64,000 nt of DNA, from assembly GCA_007695285.1 (NCBI GenBank), contig REEC01000117.1, forward strand, positions 17,431 through 81,430. The letters are read 5' to 3'. The DNA comes from Spirochaetaceae bacterium (GTDB lineage Bacteria > Spirochaetota > Spirochaetia > DSM-27196 > PXBQ01). Shown here piece by piece: positions 57,720 through 64,000 of the stretch. Positions within the stretch are counted from its first letter, which is position 1. Every line of letters starts with the position of its first letter. The position numbers were made by a program, and so were the translations under genes. The notes beneath the pieces were generated by a model. It had not been told where the DNA came from. It made no database searches and saw only the letters and a list, made by a program, of their open reading frames with translations.

Positions 57720-58478
57720 CTACAGCCGGCTCGTGATTCCGACGATTGCAGCCTCCGCGTAGGCAAAAACGAGCCCAGCCGCTTCGAGCGGCTGCACGTC
57801 CGGCCCCTGCAGCAAGCGATACACAAGGTACGACAAGAGTCCGACCGCGGCCAACGCGAGCAGAACAAATCCGACGACAAGAAACACGCCGGCCCGGCGA
57901 GGAACCGCGGGCTCGATGGGCCCACCGATTTCGAAGCTACGCGTGACGTGTGAATCCTCGTCGATCGGATCGGACTCGGGTTCGAGCTCTGAGTCGAGTT
58001 CCGCCAGGTCTTCCAACGGATCCGCGAGGTCATCCGCGACGTCATCTGACTGCAATGCTCCGACGTCGGACATCTCATCGTCCATACCGGCCTCGAAATC
58101 ATCGATCTCGAAGTTCGGCATGTCGAAGTCGCTCCCACCGCCGAGAGTCTCGAGGCCGACCGAAAGAGACTGCCGTTCGCCCGATGAACTGTCCGTCGCG
58201 GTTGCGCTCAGGTTACCGTCGGCGTCGATGCCGACGACGAGCGTGATATCGGCTTCGCCCTTGGTAGCCGGGTTTATCCCGTCGATCACGAGGCTCCCGA
58301 CGTACTCGCCGCCGGCGGCTTCAGAGTCCAGGCCCTGGTAGAGGTCGATATGAACCTGAGTCTGACCGTCACGAACCGTCGTAAGGACGAGTCTCTTTTT
58401 TTTGTCGGTCTCGTCGCGGTCGAGTATCGCGAAAAACGAACCGTCGGCTAATTTTATGCCGATCCGTGAACCGCTCAC
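57720..58478 (-). CDS. membrane-anchored protein with an Hsp70 substrate-binding-like beta domain and acidic linker
   Basis: 'TTVRDGQTQVHIDLYQG...G.L.IDGI.PA.KGEA.I......DADG.L...A.D..SG' mirrors the DnaK SBD-beta pattern; D/E-rich linker; C-terminal TM. Confidence 0.65.
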   Translation of the reverse strand: MSGSRIGIKLADGSFFAILDRDETDKKKRLVLTTVRDGQTQVHIDLYQGLDSEAAGGEYVGSLVIDGINPATKGEADITLVVGIDADGNLSATATDSSSGERQSLSVGLETLGGGSDFDMPNFEIDDFEAGMDDEMSDVGALQSDDVADDLADPLEDLAELDSELEPESDPIDEDSHVTRSFEIGGPIEPAVPRRAGVFLVVGFVLLALAAVGLLSYLVYRLLQGPDVQPLEAAGLVFAYAEAAIVGITSRL

Positions 58479-58595
58479 CGGCGCCCTCCCTCATGCATAA
58501 AGCCCGTGCCCTATAAACCTATTTGAAATATCGGCAGGGTGTCAATCGGGGTTGAGACCGTGTACGCTGCCGTCGGCACTCGGCAACCAGGCAAC

Positions 58596-58624
58596 TTGAC
58601 ACCGTCGGATGGCGTCGGAATAAT
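58596..58624 (+). promoter_or_regulatory. sigma70 promoter of the TPR gene (possibly leaderless)
   Basis: TTGACA (58596-58601), 17-nt spacer, AATAAT (58619-58624); ATG follows 5 nt later. Confidence 0.55.
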
Positions 58625-58629
58625 ACCGC

Positions 58630-59973
58630 ATGGGCCTGAACACCTTGGCCGTCGGCATCATCATAGTGATCGGTGTAATTGTTTTGCCGGTCTTTTACCT
58701 CGTCGTGATTCGTGGTAGCGAGAAAAAACCACGACGCCGACACGACAAGGATGCCGCGGTAAAGGCGGCGAAAAGGACTCTTGCCCAAAACCCGCGCGAT
58801 CATCGAGCGCTTCTCGTGCTCGCTGACGCCTTTTTTGACGAGAAATCGTGGGACACCGCGATGAAGACGTACGGACTCTTGATCGACCTCTCGGCTACGG
58901 TGCCGGAAATCGATCAGTTTCACGTCAACCTCCGTTACGGACTCTGTTCGGTTCAGTTGAAGAACTACGCCGACGCGTACCAGGCGCTCGTGGTCGCGCG
59001 TACGTTCCGCCAAGACTCGTTTGAGCTAAACTATAATCTCGGTTTCCTCGAGTACAAGCGGAAGAACATTGAGAAGGCTTTACCGTACCTTCGTTCGGCG
59101 AACGAGATGCAGGAAGACCACATACCGACGCGCCGATACCTCGGCCTCGCGTACGCCCGTTTGAAGCGCTGGCACGATGCACTGCCTCTGCTCCGCAGCG
59201 CGATCGAAGCCGAGCCCGACGAGAAGGAAACGCTGTTCGTGCTCGCGCAGTGCTACCAGGAACTCGGCCAGAACGACCACGCCGCGCGAATCTTTACGCA
59301 CCTCAGACCCGATCCGATCGTGGGCGCGCATGCGGCGCTGTTCGCGGGTACGATCCATCTCAAGGCGAACAAGCTCGAGGTCGCCGAGATGGATTTCCAG
59401 CTCGGCCTTCGACACGAGAATATCCGGCCTGAGATCCGCCTCGAGTTGATGTACCGCCTCGCGGCGGTGCACACTAAAAATCAGCAGATCGGGAAGGCGC
59501 TCCAGCTTCTCTCAAAAATTCGGGAACTCAACCCAAACTACAAAGACGTCTCGGCGCAAATCTCCCGCGGACGCGAACTGAACGACAACCGGAACCTGCA
59601 GATTTTCCTGATGGCACCGACGTCCGACTTCGTCGCGCTCTGCCGAAAGGTCAGCGAGAACTACTTCGCGCAAGCGCAGACGAAGATCACCGATGTCTCG
59701 GTTCAACGCGCCGATATTGCCGATATTCTCACGGAAGTGAACACCGCAAAGTGGGAAGATACGGTGCTGTTTCGATATATCCGCACGAGCGGCCAGGTCG
59801 GCGAGCTTATGCTCCGCGACATGCACGCGCGGATCAAGGACGTGAAAGCCGGTCGGGGGTTCTGCCTCACCGCGGGAGGGTTCAGCGAAGGCGCAAAGGC
59901 GTTTGTCGAGGCACGTTTGATCGATTTGATCGAGAAAGAAGACCTGCTCAAGATCCTCACGAAAACGGCGTAA
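58630..59973 (+). CDS. membrane-anchored TPR protein with a C-terminal Mrr-like (restriction endonuclease fold) domain
   Basis: N-terminal TM, multiple TPR helical pairs, C-terminal 'VGE...RD.......AGRG...T.G.FS..A..F......LI....L'. Confidence 0.75.
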   Translation: MGLNTLAVGIIIVIGVIVLPVFYLVVIRGSEKKPRRRHDKDAAVKAAKRTLAQNPRDHRALLVLADAFFDEKSWDTAMKTYGLLIDLSATVPEIDQFHVNLRYGLCSVQLKNYADAYQALVVARTFRQDSFELNYNLGFLEYKRKNIEKALPYLRSANEMQEDHIPTRRYLGLAYARLKRWHDALPLLRSAIEAEPDEKETLFVLAQCYQELGQNDHAARIFTHLRPDPIVGAHAALFAGTIHLKANKLEVAEMDFQLGLRHENIRPEIRLELMYRLAAVHTKNQQIGKALQLLSKIRELNPNYKDVSAQISRGRELNDNRNLQIFLMAPTSDFVALCRKVSENYFAQAQTKITDVSVQRADIADILTEVNTAKWEDTVLFRYIRTSGQVGELMLRDMHARIKDVKAGRGFCLTAGGFSEGAKAFVEARLIDLIEKEDLLKILTKTA

Positions 59974-60595
59974 AAAAAACCACGTTCCGTTCGGCGTCAA
60001 ACGGCGGAGATACCGCGACAATCTCGAGGTCCGAAACCGGTAGCCCCGAAGCCGATAGACCCGAGAGTTCAGCGTCGATCGTCGTTCGCTTCGCTTTGTA
60101 CGCCGCGACAAAGCCGTCCCGACGCGTAATCCGAGCCAGTCCTTCCACTACCCGCCGAGAAATCGGACGAAACGCGCGAAAAGTCACGACATCGAACGTT
60201 CGGTCGATCGACTCGAACTCGGACTCGAGCACCTCGACGTTCACGGCACCCGATACCGCGATCGCGTTCCGCAAGAATCCACACGCTCGACCCGATCGCT
60301 CGACGAGTACCACCCGCCACTCCGGAAATGCCGCGGCGAGCACAATACCCGGGAAACCCGCACCACTTCCAATGTCGACAAGATCGGTCGCTTTGCCCCC
60401 ACGCCTTTCGCCGATCGTCCGCGCACCGGCCGCGCAGTCGAGAACATGGCGCACGAACAACTCCTCGCCGTTTGCGTCGACGAGCCTGAGGCGCGCGTTC
60501 CAAAGCTCGAGCTCTACGAGGTATTTTTCGAGCATGGCGATGCCGGCCTCGGGGATTCCGTACCGCGCCAACTCGGCGCGTCTCGAGTCCGACAC
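59957..60595 (-). CDS. rsmG: 16S rRNA m7G527 methyltransferase
   Basis: 'WN....L', 'RH.LD', 'DIGSGAGFPGI.LA', 'FRA'; downstream of mnmG. Confidence 0.93.
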   Translation of the reverse strand: MSDSRRAELARYGIPEAGIAMLEKYLVELELWNARLRLVDANGEELFVRHVLDCAAGARTIGERRGGKATDLVDIGSGAGFPGIVLAAAFPEWRVVLVERSGRACGFLRNAIAVSGAVNVEVLESEFESIDRTFDVVTFRAFRPISRRVVEGLARITRRDGFVAAYKAKRTTIDAELSGLSASGLPVSDLEIVAVSPPFDAERNVVFFTPFS

Positions 60596-60598
60596 CGG

Positions 60599-62461
60599 CT
60601 ACACCGCCCGCGCCGGGCGACGCCCGAGGACGACCATCAGCAACGCCAGATCCGAGTTTCGGACGCCGGAAATCCGCGACGCCTGTCCGATCGAGATAGG
60701 TTGGATCTTTTTGAACTTTTCACGAGCTTCGCTCGAGATCCCGTCGATTTGGTCGTACTCGAACCCTTCGGGGATCCGCATGTTCTCCATGCGCCGGAAC
60801 CTGTCGACCTGACGATCCTGGCGCGCGACGTATCCTTCGTACTTGACGTCGAGCTCGACCTGCCGGATCCACTCGACCGGACGGCCTCCGAGCCCTTCGG
60901 GCTCGAGCGCGACGAGATCGGCGAGTGTCGTCTCGGGGCTTTTCAGCGCTTGGTAAAACGACTTCCCCAAATGCCGCGAGAGCGATTCCGGCGTGTGCGC
61001 GCAGTCGGTTTCGTTGAGATGGCGGTTGCGGAGCAACTCCTTCATCTCGGCGATCGACGATTGTTTCTCGAGAAATTTTCCCCACCGCTCCTGCGAGTGC
61101 AACCCGATCTCGAAACCGGTGCGGCAGAGGCGCGTGTCGCTCGAGTCGTGTCGCAACGAGAGGCGATGTTCGGCACGCGAGGTGAACATCCGGTACGGTT
61201 CTTTGGTCCCGAGCGTGACAAGGTCGTCGATCAGGACGCCGATATACGCCTCCGCGCGCGTGAGCACGACGGGGGGCGCTTTCTGAAGTTTCCGGGCCGC
61301 GTTGATGCCCGCCATGAGGCCTTGAGCCGCGGCCTCTTCGTACCCTGAAGAGCCGTTCGTCTGGCCCGCGACGAAAAGCCCCTCGACGATCTTCGACTCG
61401 AGCGCGGGAGTGAGCTGCATCGGATCCATGAAGTCGTACTCCACCGCGTATCCCGGACGCACGATTACCGCGTTTTCGAGTCCGGGTATCGTGCGGATAA
61501 AGGCTTCCTGCACGTCTTCGGGCATCGACGACGACAATCCGTTCAAGTACATCTCTTCGGTATCGAGCCCTTCGGGTTCTATGAAGACGTGGTGGCGGTC
61601 GCGATCGGGGAACTTCACGACTTTGTCCTCGATCGACGGGCAGTACCGCGCGCCGGCGCCGACGATCGTCCCCGAGTAAAGCGGCGATCGCCCCATGTTC
61701 TCGCGCAGAATGTCGTGCGTCGCGGTATTCGTGTACGTGATAAAGCACGGGAGCTTCGGCCGATCGACACCGGTGTGCGAGAACGAGAACGGAACGATCT
61801 CGTCGTCGCCGAACTGCGTCTCGAGTTTGTCAAAATCCAGCGACCGACGCGATACCCGCGCGGGTGTGCCCGTCTTCATCCGGCCCATCGTGAACCCGAG
61901 TTCGCGCAGCGGCCGGTCGAGGCCGTGCGCCGCCGGCTCGCCGATTCGCCCCGCCGAGGTCGAGTACTCGCCGACGAAGATCTTCCCGTTCAGGAACGTC
62001 CCGGTCGTCAACACGACGACCGACGCCGAGAACCGCCGACCCCGCTCGGTCACGACGCCACAAATTCTGCGGCCCGAGGCGTCGAGAATGAAATCGACGA
62101 CGGTGTCCTGAAAAAGGTCGAGATTCGGTTGTCTCTCGAGCGTCTTCTTCGCTGCGGTCTGGTACGCCGGTTTGTCGGCTTGGGCGCGTGGAGCCTGTAC
62201 CGCCGGCCCGCGGCTCCGGTTGAGCACGCGGAACTGGATCATCGTCGCGTCGATCAAGCGTCCCATTTCGCCGCCGAGCGCGTCGATCTCTCTGACCATG
62301 TTTCCTTTCGCGAGCCCTCCGACTGCCGGGTTGCACGATAGTTTTCCGATGCAGTCGAGGTTCTGCGTGATCATGAGCGTCCGGAATCCCAGCCGCGCGT
62401 TCACAAGCGCGGCCTCGATCCCGGCGTGTCCGCCGCCGATCACAATCGCGTCAAACTCCAT
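60599..62461 (-). CDS. mnmG: tRNA uridine-5-carboxymethylaminomethyl modification enzyme
   Basis: 'IGGGHAG.EAA', 'SCNPA.GG.AKG', 'KTGTP.R', 'RYCPSIEDK', 'AGQ.NG.SGYEEAAAQG'. Confidence 0.98.
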   Translation of the reverse strand: MEFDAIVIGGGHAGIEAALVNARLGFRTLMITQNLDCIGKLSCNPAVGGLAKGNMVREIDALGGEMGRLIDATMIQFRVLNRSRGPAVQAPRAQADKPAYQTAAKKTLERQPNLDLFQDTVVDFILDASGRRICGVVTERGRRFSASVVVLTTGTFLNGKIFVGEYSTSAGRIGEPAAHGLDRPLRELGFTMGRMKTGTPARVSRRSLDFDKLETQFGDDEIVPFSFSHTGVDRPKLPCFITYTNTATHDILRENMGRSPLYSGTIVGAGARYCPSIEDKVVKFPDRDRHHVFIEPEGLDTEEMYLNGLSSSMPEDVQEAFIRTIPGLENAVIVRPGYAVEYDFMDPMQLTPALESKIVEGLFVAGQTNGSSGYEEAAAQGLMAGINAARKLQKAPPVVLTRAEAYIGVLIDDLVTLGTKEPYRMFTSRAEHRLSLRHDSSDTRLCRTGFEIGLHSQERWGKFLEKQSSIAEMKELLRNRHLNETDCAHTPESLSRHLGKSFYQALKSPETTLADLVALEPEGLGGRPVEWIRQVELDVKYEGYVARQDRQVDRFRRMENMRIPEGFEYDQIDGISSEAREKFKKIQPISIGQASRISGVRNSDLALLMVVLGRRPARAV

Positions 62462-62579
62462 TTACATGACTCCAATGGTTAAGTTTCTCCGGAGCGTATC
62501 ACGGCAACCCCACGTGGTACAACTCGCGTGGCTCAAGACGCGCGAATCAAGACGTCGGGTGCACGATCCGCCGGCGCGT

Positions 62580-62942
62580 TCAGCCGTTGTAGAGGAAAGG
62601 AAGCTCGTCGATTATATCGCCTTCGTCGGGAGCGTTCAACTCGACAAGGCGGCGAAGGTGCGGTATCGACTCGATATCGACCAGGACGAACCGGAACCCG
62701 AGATACTCGTACTCACGATGGATATACTCGGCGTCGGCGACGATCGTGAGGTCAGACCCCGGCAACGCGATCGAAAGCGAGACCGTCGTCCCGAGCGGAA
62801 ATGCATCGGAGTCGTCGGGGTTCACAAGAGCACCTTTCAACGAGAGGTTGATGACCGAAAACGCGACGACGGTTCGGCCGTGTGTCGCTGTGCCGCGCGT
62901 CTCGAACTCTGCGCGCCTGAATCGTCGTTTTTCGCGTCCCAC
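62580..62942 (-). CDS. single-domain PilZ c-di-GMP receptor, MapZ/PA4608-like
   Basis: RxxxR 'KRRFRR', N/DxSxxG 'NLSLKG', C-terminal 'LGF.F..VD.ESI.HLRRLVELN'; GTG start after SD GAGGT. Confidence 0.85.
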   Translation of the reverse strand: MGREKRRFRRAEFETRGTATHGRTVVAFSVINLSLKGALVNPDDSDAFPLGTTVSLSIALPGSDLTIVADAEYIHREYEYLGFRFVLVDIESIPHLRRLVELNAPDEGDIIDELPFLYNG

Positions 62943-62957
62943 GCCTACCTCTGCGCC

Positions 62958-62987
62958 ATTATCCGGTCGTCGGCCGACCGCTGTCAA
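62958..62987 (-). promoter_or_regulatory. internal sigma70 promoter for the PilZ gene with an inverted repeat in the spacer
   Basis: TTGACA (62987-62982), 18-nt spacer, GATAAT (62963-62958); spacer holds CGGTCG-N5-CGACCG (62964-62980). Confidence 0.55.
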
Positions 62988-62993
62988 GGCGAA

Positions 62994-64000
62994 CTACTTA
63001 CCGACACAGAAGCCCGAGAACATCGCGTCGAGAATGTCGTCGGTGGTGACCTCGCCGGTGATTTCGCCGAGCGCCCGAATCGCTTCCTGAAGGTCGAGCG
63101 CGACCGCGTCGACGGGGACGCCGGCGTCGACTCCGACTTTCGTTTCGCGCAGCGCTGCGAGCGCGCGTTCGATCAGATCCTTCTGTCGCACCGAATCGAT
63201 TACGGGCCGACCGTCGGCCACGCCGCGCTCAGGGGTGATCCTCGTGGCGATCGCCGCGCGCAACGCCTCGACGTTTTCACCGGTCTCCGCACTGATCCCG
63301 ATATACCCTGCCGGGCAGACGCGCGCATCCACCAAGTCGATCTTGTTCCACGCGACGACGCACGGAACACGATCCGCGATCTGCTCGACGCGCCGCTCGT
63401 CGTCCGCGACAACCCCCTCGATTCCATCCACAACGTATACGACGAGGTCGGCAGCTCCAAGGATCGACTCGGACCGGCGAACTCCCTCCGTCTCGATGGT
63501 GTCCTCGCTCACACGGAGACCCGCGGTATCAAAAAGCCGGACGGGAACGCCGTCGATAATCGTCGTAGCCTCGATGTAGTCGCGAGTCGTGCCGGGCACG
63601 TCGGATACTATCGATCGGTCCTCGCGCACAAACAGGTTGAACAGCGACGACTTTCCGGCATTCGTTCGTCCGGCGATCGCGACTCTCACTCCTTCCTGGT
63701 ACACGCGTCCGATACGGTACGTCGCGACGAGCGACTCAAGCCGCACGATCGTCTCGTCGATCACCTCGGGAGGAATCACGACTTCACCGGTATCCTCCTC
63801 GGGGTAATCGAGCTGAATCTCAACTCGCGCAAGAATATCGACCAGGCGCCCCTTGACCGAGTCGATCGCGCGTTCGATGCTTCCGCCCAGGCGGTTCATC
63901 GCGAGCGATCGTGCACGGTCGCTCCGCGCGCGGATAATCTCGTTGACCGCTTCGGCTCGCGTAAGATCGAGCTTTCCCGTAAGAAACGCACGCAGCGTGA
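62994..64000 (-). CDS. mnmE: tRNA modification GTPase MnmE (5' part beyond window)
   Basis: 'TLRAFL.GKLDLT.AEAV', G1 'GRTNAGKSS', 'GTTRD', 'DTAG', 'NKID', C-terminal 'FCVGK'. Confidence 0.97.
   Translation of the reverse strand, partial: TLRAFLTGKLDLTRAEAVNEIIRARSDRARSLAMNRLGGSIERAIDSVKGRLVDILARVEIQLDYPEEDTGEVVIPPEVIDETIVRLESLVATYRIGRVYQEGVRVAIAGRTNAGKSSLFNLFVREDRSIVSDVPGTTRDYIEATTIIDGVPVRLFDTAGLRVSEDTIETEGVRRSESILGAADLVVYVVDGIEGVVADDERRVEQIADRVPCVVAWNKIDLVDARVCPAGYIGISAETGENVEALRAAIATRITPERGVADGRPVIDSVRQKDLIERALAALRETKVGVDAGVPVDAVALDLQEAIRALGEITGEVTTDDILDAMFSGFCVGK

Overview
A GC-rich, gene-dense chromosomal segment. It is most likely from an anaerobic free-living spirochaete; this is inferred from the fliS-flgN-polA-coaE-SPOR gene order, the spirochaete-type signal peptides and the mnmE-mnmG-rsmG block. 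I see about 55 genes plus one tRNA-Cys(GCA), and no CRISPR array, rRNA, IS element or prophage. Housekeeping content includes gpsA, cysE, polA, coaE, an aroD-aroE fusion, ftsK, mnmE/mnmG/rsmG and an Opp-type ABC importer. Three parts stand out. (1) A 10-13 kb envelope/signalling cluster (5.6-18.8 kb) contains a membrane adenylate cyclase translationally coupled to two paralogous TolB-N/PEGA/beta-barrel proteins and a lipoprotein, a long membrane-anchored coiled-coil protein, and a divergent operon (SLH-like protein, beta-barrel, secreted FecR-domain protein, RavA, ViaA); this is a candidate trans-envelope cAMP signalling system. (2) An electron-bifurcating-type [FeFe]-hydrogenase operon has a cysteine-free HndB/HydD subunit and faces, across mirror-image sigma70 promoters, a rex gene with an unusual 4-Cys insertion followed by a CBS-RsbT kinase fusion, a DRTGG protein and a PHP protein. 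(3) Several genes look leaderless, and a MapZ-like PilZ gene sits between mnmE and mnmG. All product calls come from motif recognition by eye; no database search was run.
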